A DNA stretch of 64,000 nt from an uncultured Eubacteriales bacterium (GCA_964440805.1 CAYTTR010000003.1:22888-86887), one strand, 5' to 3'; positions 38,899 through 49,334 are shown, numbered from the stretch's first letter. The notes: a model not told the origin generated them from the sequence alone. Translations and numbers: made by a program.

Positions 38899-41103
38899 TT
38901 ATTGGCTGGGTTTAAAAGAGAGTTTTTTCCCCATTTCTATTAATTTTTCCCTCAACCGGGTATTTCTCTGAATAGGCTTATCGTTTCTAATGGCAATATG
39001 AAGAGCTTTGTAGGCTCCCACAATAACACAGAGCCGTCGGGCTCTGGTAAGAGCTGTGTAGAAAAGATTTCTCTGCAGCAGGATGAAATGCTGGGTCATC
39101 AAAGGCAAAACAACAGCTAAATATTCACTTCCCTGGGATTTATGAACAGAAACAGCGTAAGCCAGAGTTGTTTCATTTAATTCTTCTTTGTCGTAAGCTA
39201 CAGTTCTTCCTTCAAAATCCACAAATATCCGGTAGTAAGATTTATCTATATGAACAATGGTTCCCACATCTCCATTGTAAATATCCTTCTCATAATTGTT
39301 TCGAAGCTGCATAACCTTATCATGAAGGCGAAGTTCTTTTTGACCCAGTTTTATTCCCTCTTGTCGGGGATTAAGCCTTCTTTGCAGCTCATTGTTAAGA
39401 TGATCCACCCCTACTAATCCCCGATACATAGGACTTATAACCTGAATTTGCGGTGAAAGTGGATTAAGAGACAATTTTTTTGGAATTCGGAAAGAACAAA
39501 GATCCATAATAGTTTGAAAGGCTTTCTGTTCATCTTCATGGTGAATAAAGTAAAAATCCGACTCTGTATCTCCCCGGGGCGGATAAATGAGAGATTCTCC
39601 GCGGTTAACCCGGTGGGCATTTCTAACTATAAGGCCCCCTTTTTCCTGCCTGAAGATTTCATCAAGAACCACTATTTCCACCTGACCACTCTGAATGATA
39701 TCCTGGATCAGGTTTCCCGGACCGACAGACGGAAGCTGGTCTTTATCCCCAACCAAAACAAGATGCATCCAATGAGGAACAGCTTGAAGGAGAGAATGCA
39801 TCAAAGGCAAATCCACCATGGAGCATTCGTCAATAACCAGCAGATCTCCGGATAAATTCCGGTTAACTCCTCTTTTAAAACCGCCTGTTTTCGGATTATA
39901 CTCAAGAAGCCTATGAATTGTTTTTGCTTCTTTGCCAGTGGCTTCTGATAACCGTTTGGCTGCCCGTCCGGTGGGAGCAGCTAATAAAACCTGACGCCCC
40001 CAAAGACCAACTATTTCTGAGATAGCCCTGATGATAGTAGTCTTTCCTGTGCCCGGCCCCCCTGTTATGACCAGAATCTTTTTATTCAAGCCTTTACTGA
40101 TTGACTCTCTTTGCTTTGGAGTAAATTTAATACTTAACTCCCGTTCTACTTTCTCAAGAGTTCTGCTGATATCAAAAAGAGGCTTGACTGCTGGAAAGTG
40201 AGCCAGTTTCTGGATAAGAAAAGCCACTTCCTGTTGAGCTTGGTAAAAAAAAGGCAGATATACGGCTGAATCTCCGGCAGTATTTTCAATGATGACCGCC
40301 TTTTTCTCAGATAATTCATCAATAGCTTGTGAAACACTGAATTCATCGACTTCAAGATTCTTTTGACAATTGGTAATCAATGAATTTTTCCAGGAAAAAA
40401 CATGACCTTCTTCGGTATCCCTTTTCAGCAAATAATGTAGATAAGCTTTTATTCTTTCCGGCGATTTAGGATCCAACCCCAACTTAAGAGCCATCTGATC
40501 AGCGGTCTTGAAACCTATCCCCCAAATGTCATAACAAACCTGGTACGGATTTGATTTAAGTATGTTGAAGGCTTCCTGGCCGTATTCTTTGTAAATCTTA
40601 GTAGCTAAGCTTGTGGAAATATTATGTTCCTGGAGAAAAATTATCAATTCTCTGATATCTTCATGTTCAGACCAGGACTTCTTAATTTCCGTCAATTTGA
40701 CTTTTCCTATCCCCTCAACATCCAGTAGTTTTCCCGGCTTTCTTGAAAGAATATCGATAGTTTTATCACCGAAAGCATTGATAATTCGCCTGGCCAGAAC
40801 CGGGCCGATTCCTTTGATAAGACCTGAAGAGAGAAATTTTTCTATCCCTTTAACCGATGAAGGAAGCACGGGAGTACACAAATATACTTTGAATTGTCTC
40901 CCGAACCTCGGGTTAATTTCCCATTCTCCTTTTACCCGCAAGACTTCTCCCACAGATACAGGTGGAAAAATACCTACAATGGTCAGGCGTTGGCCTTCTT
41001 CTGTACAAAATTGACAGACAGAATAACCGCTCTCCGGACTATAAAAAATTATCTGTTCTACCGTCCCTTCAATGGACTCCATTTGAGACTCCGGCATAAT
41101 CAA
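38899..41103 (-). CDS. recD2: RecD2-type SF1B 5'-3' DNA helicase
   Basis: 734 aa; N-terminal HhH region; Walker A ITGGPGTGKTT, motif LLAAPTGRAAKRL, VLVGDKDQLPSVGPG, and a C-terminal SH3-like region. Confidence 0.85.
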   Translation of the reverse strand: MIMPESQMESIEGTVEQIIFYSPESGYSVCQFCTEEGQRLTIVGIFPPVSVGEVLRVKGEWEINPRFGRQFKVYLCTPVLPSSVKGIEKFLSSGLIKGIGPVLARRIINAFGDKTIDILSRKPGKLLDVEGIGKVKLTEIKKSWSEHEDIRELIIFLQEHNISTSLATKIYKEYGQEAFNILKSNPYQVCYDIWGIGFKTADQMALKLGLDPKSPERIKAYLHYLLKRDTEEGHVFSWKNSLITNCQKNLEVDEFSVSQAIDELSEKKAVIIENTAGDSAVYLPFFYQAQQEVAFLIQKLAHFPAVKPLFDISRTLEKVERELSIKFTPKQRESISKGLNKKILVITGGPGTGKTTIIRAISEIVGLWGRQVLLAAPTGRAAKRLSEATGKEAKTIHRLLEYNPKTGGFKRGVNRNLSGDLLVIDECSMVDLPLMHSLLQAVPHWMHLVLVGDKDQLPSVGPGNLIQDIIQSGQVEIVVLDEIFRQEKGGLIVRNAHRVNRGESLIYPPRGDTESDFYFIHHEDEQKAFQTIMDLCSFRIPKKLSLNPLSPQIQVISPMYRGLVGVDHLNNELQRRLNPRQEGIKLGQKELRLHDKVMQLRNNYEKDIYNGDVGTIVHIDKSYYRIFVDFEGRTVAYDKEELNETTLAYAVSVHKSQGSEYLAVVLPLMTQHFILLQRNLFYTALTRARRLCVIVGAYKALHIAIRNDKPIQRNTRLREKLIEMGKKLSFKPSQ

Positions 41104-41903
41104 TCCTCCAAGTAAAGAATCACCTCATCTTTAGGTTTGAAATTCAGTTCAAGTGAGGCAGAACCTTTTTTAAGAGCTACTTCAAGATACCCCAAACTTC
41201 CTTGAAGAAAAAAAACTTCATTATCAGGGCCCGAGGTGTAATTCAGAGAAAAACCGGCTATCTTGCGTTCTTTCACCTGAAGAATGATTTTTTTTTCTGG
41301 AAATCTCTGGCGTAATTGATCAAACCATTCGAATTTGATATCGGTTATTCCATTTCCAAACTTATCCACATAAATGATACTGCCTGTGATTTGGTTATTT
41401 GTTTGGACAGGTTTCCGGTAATTTAGTTTCACAAAGCGGTGACATTCCGGCCCGAACTCAGAAGTAGAAATTCCAAGAGAAACCCAGGCTGCTACCGAAG
41501 CCATTTTATCACGGGCTTCGAAAGTAGAACTTGTTTCTTCCAGAAAATAAACAGGGTTATTCACTTCTCTTATTTCCTCGGGTTTTTCTTTATCCAGCAC
41601 CAGCGTTAAAAGACCGTTATCTGGACTGATAAAATAGTGTTTCTGTGTCCGGACAAGAATTATTTTCCTGGAGGAACCTACACCCGGATCAACTACACTT
41701 AAAAATATTGTTTCCTTAGGGAAAAAACAGGCGGAAGCATAAAGAATAAAAGATGCATCGAAAACATCAAATGAATCAACCTGGTGCGTTATATCAACCA
41801 ACCTGACTACAGGATTGATGGAAAGAATAACTCCTTTAAGAGAGCCTACAAAATAATCCGAATTCCCGAAGTCAGTCAGAAGAGCTATCAAAGGATTTTT
41901 CAT
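41100..41903 (-). CDS. S-adenosyl-L-methionine hydroxide adenosyltransferase (DUF62 / SAM hydrolase, fluorinase-chlorinase superfamily)
   Basis: IALLTDFGNSDYFVGSLKGVI and VVDPGVGSSRK family motifs; 4-nt overlap with recD2. Confidence 0.75.
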   Translation of the reverse strand: MKNPLIALLTDFGNSDYFVGSLKGVILSINPVVRLVDITHQVDSFDVFDASFILYASACFFPKETIFLSVVDPGVGSSRKIILVRTQKHYFISPDNGLLTLVLDKEKPEEIREVNNPVYFLEETSSTFEARDKMASVAAWVSLGISTSEFGPECHRFVKLNYRKPVQTNNQITGSIIYVDKFGNGITDIKFEWFDQLRQRFPEKKIILQVKERKIAGFSLNYTSGPDNEVFFLQGSLGYLEVALKKGSASLELNFKPKDEVILYLED

Positions 41904-41980
41904 TGATTTTATGATTTAATCTTAGAGAAATCCCCTTTTTTGGTCAACTATTCTCATCCATCATTTCTTAAAACCAAGCA

Positions 41981-42222
41981 GTTCGAAGTCTGTTCAGTCT
42001 ATTCGGTTTATCTCGTTTATTTAGTTTGTTTGGTTTATTTAGTTGAAAAAAAAGACGGGATGAGTGATAAGGGCGAGAGGATCGAGGCGGAAAGAAATAG
42101 CTTGTTGCGTTTATCTGGTTTGTCTGGTATAAATGATTTGAAAAAGCCGGGGCGGGGCGAGATGAGTGAGGCCTAATAAGCTACATAAACGACATAAACA
42201 AGATAAACAATAAAATGGGCGA
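41981..42222. repeat. composite intergenic repeat (two arrays, two GAG-boxes, reverse array)
   Basis: agtctgttcagtctattcggtttatctcgtttatttagtttgtttggtttatttag...gggcgagaggatcgaggcgg...gcgtttatctggtttgtctgg...ggggcggggcgagatgagtgagg...cataaacgacataaacaagataaacaa. Confidence 0.6.
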
Positions 42223-42322
42223 AACTGGAGGTAGCAAGCACTGAACCAGGACTTAGATACACCGTGCCCTCCTATGTTCAACCTGTCTCAAAATTCGGGG
42301 GGCTTCACTCAATCAAACCCTG

Positions 42323-42350
42323 TTGACCAGGTCTGGAAAAGATGTTAATT
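42323..42350 (+). promoter_or_regulatory. candidate sigma70-like promoter (TTGACC-16-TTAATT) immediately upstream of the 42358 gene
   Basis: hexamers read by eye; implies a near-leaderless GTG start or a downstream true start. Confidence 0.2.
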
Positions 42351-42357
42351 TGCCATA

Positions 42358-44007
42358 GTGCAATTCATCAAAGTCTTGTTTAATTCTATTGTAAGTGGAT
42401 TTTTCTTCTGTTGGCTCTTATCCACCCTGATAATCGATCTTAATTTTCATCTTCCCTTCAGCTTTTTCTGTCAGTTAAATCTTACTGTATTTCTTACGGT
42501 TACCTATGGCCTTTTAATTACGCTGGTAAGCTTACTGAGTTTTTATTTGTTTCAATTCTTTAGAGGGAAAAAAATAACTCTCGCTTTAATTTCTCCAGCA
42601 TTTCTAATGATCAATTTCACTTTAGTCCTAATATTATTTCTTTATATAAAGAAAGTTAATATAGATTTTTTCAGGTCATTCTTTCTTCCTCAGAATCTTT
42701 CCCTTGTTAGAAGCCAAACAACCATCTACATCGCCTTGGTATTGATCGGAATTCTCTGCTTGTACTTTTTTCTACGACTGGGAAAAAACATAATTTTCAC
42801 TTCAGCCTATTTCCTTTGCTTGTTTACAGGACTGTTCATAGTAACCCACCAGAGAAATAAATTCGTTTCTCCTAATCCTCCGGAAACAACTCCTTATCTT
42901 GAACCAAAAAACATCGAACGCAGGATTACTGCCATCGGACTTGAGGGTTTGTCATTTGATTTTCTCATTCCGCTTATCAATCAAAACAAACTGCCTAATT
43001 ATGCCTGGCTTATGGAGGAAGGAAGCTGGGGAAGACTGTCGACTTTTACTCCTAATGAAGCCTTCATTTTAAATAATTCTTTTTCGTCGGGAAAACTCCC
43101 TTCTAAGCACCATGGAATTTCCTACTTCAAATACTATATTCCAACCCTGGAACAGGAAATTTATGCTGTTCCCCGGTTTATATTTTTTAGACAGCTAACC
43201 CGTTTGGGGCTTCTTGTTCCTTCACCGAATCCTTTGGATTCTGTTGCCGTTGATCTTTGTAGTATAATCAAATTCAATAAAGGTCTTGCTATCCGGCGAG
43301 ATTGGCCTTATGGATTTCAAGTATTAAATCCCCAGGAGGAGACAAGAAAAAATTTCGAACGTTTCTTCAGCGAACTTCAATTTGATGAAAATTCTATTGT
43401 TTCTACTCTCAGACAGTCTTTTTACATAGATACAGAATTCGAAAAGAAAGCCTTCCAGGAAAAGACCTTACGCCAGCCTCATCTCTTTTCCCTTCTTCTA
43501 AACGGATTGAATATCGTGGAAGCATATTTTTATAAGTTCAGTTCTCCGGAATATTTTGGAGAAGTCTCTCATGAAGATATAAATAAATATCAAAGCGTCA
43601 TCGAAACTTATTACAAATTCTATGATCAGATAATCGGAAAATATTTAGCTTCACTAAAAGATAATGAACTCCTGCTGGTCTATTCTCCACATGGAATGGA
43701 ACCTCTTCCCATTTGGAAAAGAGTTGTCGAATGGGGCTTGGGAAATTCAGATATAACGGCTTCTCACGAATGGGCTCCGGATGGGGTTGTCTTTTTTTTC
43801 GGAAAAGATGTGAACAAAGGAAAGAATATTGAGGAGACCAACATTCTTGACCTTGCTCCAACCTTACTTTACTACCTGGGCTTACCTGTGGCCAAGGACA
43901 TGGACGGAATAGTCCTGAGTTCAATCTTTATTAGGAGTTTTACTTCGGAAAATCCAGTCTTTTATATAAGTTCTTATCAGAATGTTATCGAGAGTAAGAA
44001 AGAATAA
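42358..44007 (+). CDS. membrane-anchored alkaline-phosphatase-superfamily enzyme (type I phosphodiesterase / nucleotide pyrophosphatase-like)
   Basis: about 6 N-terminal TM helices; TFTPNEAFILNNSFSSGKLPSKHHGI resembles the NPP TFPNHYSIVTGLYPESHGI motif; VYSPHGME and DLAPTLLYYLGLP C-terminal motifs. Confidence 0.6.
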   Translation: MQFIKVLFNSIVSGFFFCWLLSTLIIDLNFHLPFSFFCQLNLTVFLTVTYGLLITLVSLLSFYLFQFFRGKKITLALISPAFLMINFTLVLILFLYIKKVNIDFFRSFFLPQNLSLVRSQTTIYIALVLIGILCLYFFLRLGKNIIFTSAYFLCLFTGLFIVTHQRNKFVSPNPPETTPYLEPKNIERRITAIGLEGLSFDFLIPLINQNKLPNYAWLMEEGSWGRLSTFTPNEAFILNNSFSSGKLPSKHHGISYFKYYIPTLEQEIYAVPRFIFFRQLTRLGLLVPSPNPLDSVAVDLCSIIKFNKGLAIRRDWPYGFQVLNPQEETRKNFERFFSELQFDENSIVSTLRQSFYIDTEFEKKAFQEKTLRQPHLFSLLLNGLNIVEAYFYKFSSPEYFGEVSHEDINKYQSVIETYYKFYDQIIGKYLASLKDNELLLVYSPHGMEPLPIWKRVVEWGLGNSDITASHEWAPDGVVFFFGKDVNKGKNIEETNILDLAPTLLYYLGLPVAKDMDGIVLSSIFIRSFTSENPVFYISSYQNVIESKKE

Positions 44008-44014
44008 TAGAAAT

Positions 44015-44196
44015 CGTCTATTCAGTTAAAACAAAATAAGTGAGTGAAACGAACAAAATTAATAGAAAGGGTTGATTGCGTTTATAGAGTTTATTGCGTT
44101 TGTTGCGTTGACTGTTTTCGTAATTAAGAAATTAATTAACCATGACCGACTTAAAACTGCGATAAACACAATAAACGCAATCAACTACTGGTTGCG
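44015..44196. repeat. composite intergenic repeat (array plus inverted array)
   Basis: cgtctattcagtt...ttgattgcgtttatagagtttattgcgtttgttgcgttgactg...gataaacacaataaacgcaatcaac. Confidence 0.5.
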
Positions 44197-44203
44197 AAAT
44201 TTA

Positions 44204-44920
44204 TCAGCGGATAACCTTAAGCATCCTTTCCCATCTTGCTTTGGGAATAAAACTTACGATTTTCTGAAGCCGATCCCTGAAGCTTGTTTTTAAATAGGCA
44301 TCCTTTTCAGCTTTATAAGAAAAATAAATAATCCATGGTCTTCCCTTAATATTGTCACGGGGCAGGAATCCCCAATACCTGCCGTCCAAACTATTATCAC
44401 GATTATCTCCCAGAACAAGGCAGTGGCCAGGAGGTACTACGACTGGACCAAAGTTATCCCTTATCATGTCATCATAGCTGTAATAATCCGATTTTTTATA
44501 CACCTGATTATCTATATGTACTTTGTACTCTTCAGCTATTAATACATCATTTATATACACTTCTTTATCCTTGATTTCTACCTTTTCCCCTTCCATAGCA
44601 ATCACCCGCTTGACATAATCCTTGGACAGATCTCTTGGGTATTTGAAGACAACAATGTCATAACGTTCAATATCTTTTCTGGGAAAGATCGTTTTTTCAA
44701 ACGGAAACACGGGCTGGATGTAGGCCATTTTGTTGACAAGGAGAAAATCACCTACCAGCAACGTTGGTTCCATGGAACCAGTGGGAATCTGAAATGCCTG
44801 GACAGTAAAAGTCATTACAAAAAAAACGAAGATTGCCGTTTCTGTAAGAAGCTCAAAATATTCCCGGAATATACTGACTTCCCGTTTCTTTTTTTCTTTT
44901 TTCTTTATTAGACCGCTCAT
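44204..44920 (-). CDS. lepB: signal peptidase I
   Basis: PTGSMEPTLLVGDFLLVNK (catalytic Ser), GDNRDNSLDGRYWGF box E. Confidence 0.85.
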   Translation of the reverse strand: MSGLIKKKEKKKREVSIFREYFELLTETAIFVFFVMTFTVQAFQIPTGSMEPTLLVGDFLLVNKMAYIQPVFPFEKTIFPRKDIERYDIVVFKYPRDLSKDYVKRVIAMEGEKVEIKDKEVYINDVLIAEEYKVHIDNQVYKKSDYYSYDDMIRDNFGPVVVPPGHCLVLGDNRDNSLDGRYWGFLPRDNIKGRPWIIYFSYKAEKDAYLKTSFRDRLQKIVSFIPKARWERMLKVIR

Positions 44921-45182
44921 TTTCTACTCTTTTATAAATTATTTTTTAAAAAATTAGGGTTAACTATAATACAAAAGAAAAAATTCAGCAAGAAAAATAG
45001 GTATCCCCCCAAATTTTTAAGACAGGCTCAACTGATAAAGACACACCCTGCCCTCCCATTTAGCCTGGACTATTCAACTTCTAACAAAAAAATAAATTAG
45101 TCCTGTTTAGCTTGAAAACTTGAGTGAACTTCTAGAGGTATTCTCTGTTTACCTCAATCTGAGATCATTGTATACTGAGTTC

Positions 45183-46256
45183 ATGAAATTCACTTTATTC
45201 GGTTATCCAAAAACCGGAAAAACAACCCTCTTTAATCTTCTCACAGGAGCCAATATTGAAACTCAAGCTTATGATTCCGGTAAAAAAGAACCTAATCTGC
45301 GAACCTGTATTATTCCAGATGAAAGACTGGAAAAGCTTGCCTCTCTCTATCCAGAACTTGAAATAAAACCAGCTACTGTGGATTATTCAGATCTGGCCGG
45401 CCTGGCTTACGGAGAGGCTAAAACCTCTACCTATCTCTCTTTTCTGAGACAGGCAGATGGATTGTCTCATGTAGTAAGGGGATTTCATAATCCAGAAATT
45501 CCCCGCTTCTTACCCGAAAGCTCTCCTCAGCAGGACATTAAATCAATGGAAGAGGAATTGATTCTGGCTGACTTAGTTTTAGTCGAGAATAGACTGGAAA
45601 AAATTCATCAGGAACTTAAGGGAAAGAAAACTCCCCAGGCCCTTCACGAAAAAGAACTTCTGGAAACATTACAGAATCACCTCACCCAGGAAAAGCCGTT
45701 GAGGGAATTCGATTTTTCTCAAGAAAATGAAAAAATGCTCAGGGCCTTTTCTTTTCTTAGCCAGAAACCACTTCTTCTCGCCATTAATATTGATGAAAAC
45801 GATATTAATCTGGTGGAGAATCCAGAGAAAATAATATCCCCTCCTGGAAAAAGAACCGCAGTCATGGTCTTTTGCGGCAAAATCGAGCTTGAAATACTTC
45901 AACTTGAGAATAAAGAAAAAGAAATTTTCCTTAAGGAATACGGCTTAAAGGAACTGAGTCTTAAAAAGTTTCTTAGAACTTCATTTGAATTGATGGAAAC
46001 AATAACTTTCTTCACTATAGGCAAAAACGAAATCAAAGCCTGGACTTCAAAAAGAAACACTCCCGCCCAAAAAGCAGCCGGTCTCATCCATACCCAAATG
46101 GAAAAAGGATTTATCAGGGCTGAGGTAATCTCCTGGGAAGAGCTTATTGTTCATGGATCTTTCCAGGCAGCCAAGGATAAAGGCGCGGTGGGGCTGGAAG
46201 GAAAAGACTACTCGGTTAAGGACGGAGATATCATCTATTTCCGTTTTTCACCTTGA
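45183..46256 (+). CDS. ychF: ribosome-binding ATPase YchF (Obg-family GTPase with TGS domain)
   Basis: G1 GYPKTGKTTLFNLLT; DYSDLAGL; C-terminal TGS GKDYSVKDGDIIYFRF; the ORF track start at 45120 is probably too far upstream. Confidence 0.85.
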   Translation: MKFTLFGYPKTGKTTLFNLLTGANIETQAYDSGKKEPNLRTCIIPDERLEKLASLYPELEIKPATVDYSDLAGLAYGEAKTSTYLSFLRQADGLSHVVRGFHNPEIPRFLPESSPQQDIKSMEEELILADLVLVENRLEKIHQELKGKKTPQALHEKELLETLQNHLTQEKPLREFDFSQENEKMLRAFSFLSQKPLLLAINIDENDINLVENPEKIISPPGKRTAVMVFCGKIELEILQLENKEKEIFLKEYGLKELSLKKFLRTSFELMETITFFTIGKNEIKAWTSKRNTPAQKAAGLIHTQMEKGFIRAEVISWEELIVHGSFQAAKDKGAVGLEGKDYSVKDGDIIYFRFSP

Positions 46257-46272
46257 AGAAATTGTTCTATAA

Positions 46273-47415
46273 ATGGAAAAAGAATTTAAAATACTCCACC
46301 AAGATAATTCTTCTTCAGCTCGAGTAGGCCTGCTCCGTACTTCCCATGGAGGCATCCAGACTCCTGCTTTTGCTCCGGTGGCCTCCCAGGGAAGCGTCAA
46401 GGCTTTGACCCATGAGATAGTGGCTGGATTAGGAGCCCAGCTCATTCTAGTTAACACCTATCACCTTTTTCTTCGCCCAGGCATTAAGACTATAAACAAC
46501 TTGGGAGGAATTCACTCCTTCATTTCATGGCCGGGACCAATTCTCTCTGACAGTGGAGGATTTCAGATTTACAGTCTCTCACCTTTAACCAGAATTTCAA
46601 AAAAGGGAGTCTCTTTTTCTTCCCACATAGATGGAACCAAAATTTTTCTCACTTCAGAAAAAGTGGTGGATATCCAATTGCAAATGGGGACAGACATTCT
46701 TATGCCTCTGGATAACTTTGTTCCCTATCCCTCGCCGAAACCAACCGCAGAAGAATCCGTCAATCTAACTACAGAGTGGGCAGAAAGAGCCAGGGAACAT
46801 TTTGTAAAGCATAAATTATCTTTCTCTCGTTTTCTTTTCGGAATTTGCCAGGGAGGAGTGTTCCGGGATTTAAGAGAAAAAAGCATTGAAGATTTAGTCC
46901 GTTTTGAATTTGACGGTTATTCCCTGGGTGGGCTGGGCTTGGGAGAACCCAAATCTCTTTTTAATGAAATTGTAGAATACTCAACCCAACTTCTCCCCCC
47001 TGATAAACCCCGTTATCTAATGGGGATTGGCTATATTGCTGATATTCTGGAAGCTGTCAAAAAGGGTGTTGATCTTTTTGACTGCGTTCTTCCTACCAGA
47101 AATGCCCGGACAGGAACTCTTTTTACAAACCAGGGGAAATTAGTTATCAAGCATAAGCGATATACCGACGATCATCGCCCCATTGATGAGACGTGTTCCT
47201 GCTATACCTGCAGCAATTTTTCCCGGGCCTACCTCAGGCATCTTTATGAGCGGAACGAAATCACTTCCTCCATATTAAACACTATTCATAACCTCCATTT
47301 TTATCTTGACATCTTTCGAAAAATCCGGCAAGCTATTGAATTAAATTCGTTTGATAAATTCAAATGCAATTTATTAGAGAAACTAACAAAGGATAAAGAG
47401 GATGACTCTTTTTAG
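46273..47415 (+). CDS. tgt: queuine tRNA-ribosyltransferase
   Basis: TSHGGIQTPAFAPV, YLMGIGY, zinc site CSCYTCSNFSRAYLRHL; canonical tgt-yajC-secDF context. Confidence 0.9.
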   Translation: MEKEFKILHQDNSSSARVGLLRTSHGGIQTPAFAPVASQGSVKALTHEIVAGLGAQLILVNTYHLFLRPGIKTINNLGGIHSFISWPGPILSDSGGFQIYSLSPLTRISKKGVSFSSHIDGTKIFLTSEKVVDIQLQMGTDILMPLDNFVPYPSPKPTAEESVNLTTEWAERAREHFVKHKLSFSRFLFGICQGGVFRDLREKSIEDLVRFEFDGYSLGGLGLGEPKSLFNEIVEYSTQLLPPDKPRYLMGIGYIADILEAVKKGVDLFDCVLPTRNARTGTLFTNQGKLVIKHKRYTDDHRPIDETCSCYTCSNFSRAYLRHLYERNEITSSILNTIHNLHFYLDIFRKIRQAIELNSFDKFKCNLLEKLTKDKEDDSF

Positions 47416-47740
47416 TATGTTTTATTTAGGCTCTCAACAAGATGCTCCTCCCTCAGGAGGCAGCCTTTTCTCTGCTTTGATCCCTTTTATTCTGGTTTTT
47501 GTAATTTTTTACCTCTTGATCATCCTTCCCTCACGGAAAAGACAAAAAAAACACCAGCAGATGGTGGAGCAGCTCAAACCAGGAGATAAAATTGTTACTT
47601 CAGGGGGAATTTACGGAACGGTCATGGGTGTGCAAAACGACCGGATTGAAGTCAAAATTGCAGCCAATGTCAAAGTTGATATTACCAAGAGTGCTGTAGC
47701 TGCTGTTTTATCTTCCAAAGGAATTGAAGAAAAAAAATAA
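47402..47740 (+). CDS. yajC: preprotein translocase subunit YajC
   Basis: single TM, KPGDKIVTSGGIYGTVMGV motif. Confidence 0.8.
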   Translation: MTLFSMFYLGSQQDAPPSGGSLFSALIPFILVFVIFYLLIILPSRKRQKKHQQMVEQLKPGDKIVTSGGIYGTVMGVQNDRIEVKIAANVKVDITKSAVAAVLSSKGIEEKK

Positions 47741-47786
47741 GAGGAAAGCACTCTAAAAGAAAAATTAAGTAGATAAGACCGATAAA

Positions 47787-49334
47787 ATGAAAAAAAACCT
47801 GAGGTGGAAAGCCGCTGTCATAATAGGAGTGGTTGCCTTATCCATTTATTTAGCTTATCCTCCCGCGGAAAAAATAAAATTGGGCCTTGACCTCAAGGGA
47901 GGAATGCATTTAGTTCTCCAGGTTGTTACCGATGATGCCATCAATATTGAAACCGATCAAATCATTCTTCGTCTTCAGGAACAACTAAAAAAAGAAGACA
48001 TTTCTTACAGCAATATAATAAAAGACAAAATTGGCCAGATTACTATCCAACAAATAAGCCACGAAGATGAAAGAAAGCTGCGTGCCTTACTGGATGATTA
48101 TTACCGGGATTGGACTTACTCCATTTCAGGAAACAGGGTAACTCTCAGACTCCAAGCCGGAGTGGCAACCTACCTCAGAGAACAAGCAGTCCGCCAGGCC
48201 AGAGAAACCCTTGGATCCAGAATTGATGAGTTGGGCTTGACTGAACCTACTATTCAGCGACAGGGAATCGCCGGTGATCGGATTATTGTCGAACTTCCCG
48301 GCGTAGATAATCCAGAAAGAGTCAAGGAAATAATTAAAACTACGGCACTTCTTGAATGGAGACTGGTTATTGCCGGACCGGCACTGGACAGAGAAACATT
48401 GCTTCAGGATTATAATGGTGAGGTTCCTGAAGATCTGGAAACACTGCGCGGAGACCCCAGGAGAACAGAAGGTGGATATTACTTAGTCCAGAAAGTATCA
48501 CCAATAGTAGGAAAAGATCTCAGGAACGCCCGGCGCAGTGTTGATGAATGGAACAATCCTGCTGTCTCTTTCACTCTGAGTCCTGAAGCAGGAAAAAGAT
48601 TTTACAAATTCACCGGAGAAAATCTGGGTAAACCGCTGGCTGTAGTCCTTGATGGAAGAATACAACAGGTAGCCACTATTCAAGACAGAATATCCGATAG
48701 CGGAATAATTCACGGCCGGTTCACCCTGGAAGAAGCAGAAGACTTAGCTCTGGTCTTAAGGGCAGGGCCCCTGCCGGCCACCATAAAATATCTGGAAGAG
48801 CGAACTATTGGACCGTCCCTTGGAATCGACTCCATCCGCAAGGGATTGACTGCTGTCATTATCGCTCTTATTGCGGTTATGGCTTTCATGGTTATGTATT
48901 ATAATCTTTCTGGAATAAATGCTGTTCTGGCCCTCATGCTTAATATCATCCTTCTTATGGGAGTTCTCGCTTATTTTGGGGCCACCTTGACTCTCCCGGG
49001 TATTGCCGGCATCATTCTGACCATAGGAATGGCTGTTGACGCCAATGTACTTGTGTTTGAAAGGATACGAGAAGAATTGGCAACCGGAAAAACAGTAGCG
49101 GGCGCCATTTCCTCCGGATTTTCCCGGGCTTTTCGTACCATTTTGGACGCTAATATAACGACTGTCATCGCTGCCATTTTTCTCTTCCAATTCGGCACAG
49201 GGCCAGTCAAAGGCTTTGCGATGACCCTTATTATCGGAATTACTGCCAGCATGTTTACAGCAGTCTTTGTCTCCCGTTTTATTTTTGATTTTTTCCATAC
49301 ACGTAAAAGAAAAACACAAAAATTGAGCATCTAA
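47787..49334 (+). CDS. secD: protein translocase subunit SecD
   Basis: 515 aa, N-terminal TM, large periplasmic domain, 5 C-terminal TM helices with RND-like motifs. Confidence 0.9.
   Translation: MKKNLRWKAAVIIGVVALSIYLAYPPAEKIKLGLDLKGGMHLVLQVVTDDAINIETDQIILRLQEQLKKEDISYSNIIKDKIGQITIQQISHEDERKLRALLDDYYRDWTYSISGNRVTLRLQAGVATYLREQAVRQARETLGSRIDELGLTEPTIQRQGIAGDRIIVELPGVDNPERVKEIIKTTALLEWRLVIAGPALDRETLLQDYNGEVPEDLETLRGDPRRTEGGYYLVQKVSPIVGKDLRNARRSVDEWNNPAVSFTLSPEAGKRFYKFTGENLGKPLAVVLDGRIQQVATIQDRISDSGIIHGRFTLEEAEDLALVLRAGPLPATIKYLEERTIGPSLGIDSIRKGLTAVIIALIAVMAFMVMYYNLSGINAVLALMLNIILLMGVLAYFGATLTLPGIAGIILTIGMAVDANVLVFERIREELATGKTVAGAISSGFSRAFRTILDANITTVIAAIFLFQFGTGPVKGFAMTLIIGITASMFTAVFVSRFIFDFFHTRKRKTQKLSI

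Noticed and set aside
42358-44007. LtaS/EptA-type sulfatase-domain transferase for the large membrane protein
   Set aside because: The catalytic region matches the NPP/type I phosphodiesterase motif (TFTPNEAF...SKHHGI) better than the sulfatase CxPxR or LtaS Thr motifs, so it is called an NPP-like phosphodiesterase instead.
44072-44293. 73-aa ORF between the phosphodiesterase gene and lepB
   Set aside because: Encoded by the repeat array and its inverted copy, and overlaps the lepB 3' end on the opposite strand.
46273-47415. Tgt-like gene as part of a 7-deazaguanine DNA modification (Dpd) system, prompted by the ParB-like gene elsewhere in the window
   Set aside because: This tgt sits in the canonical tgt-yajC-secD-secF housekeeping arrangement with a conserved zinc site and is 6 kb from the ParB-like gene. 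There are no DpdC or restriction components.
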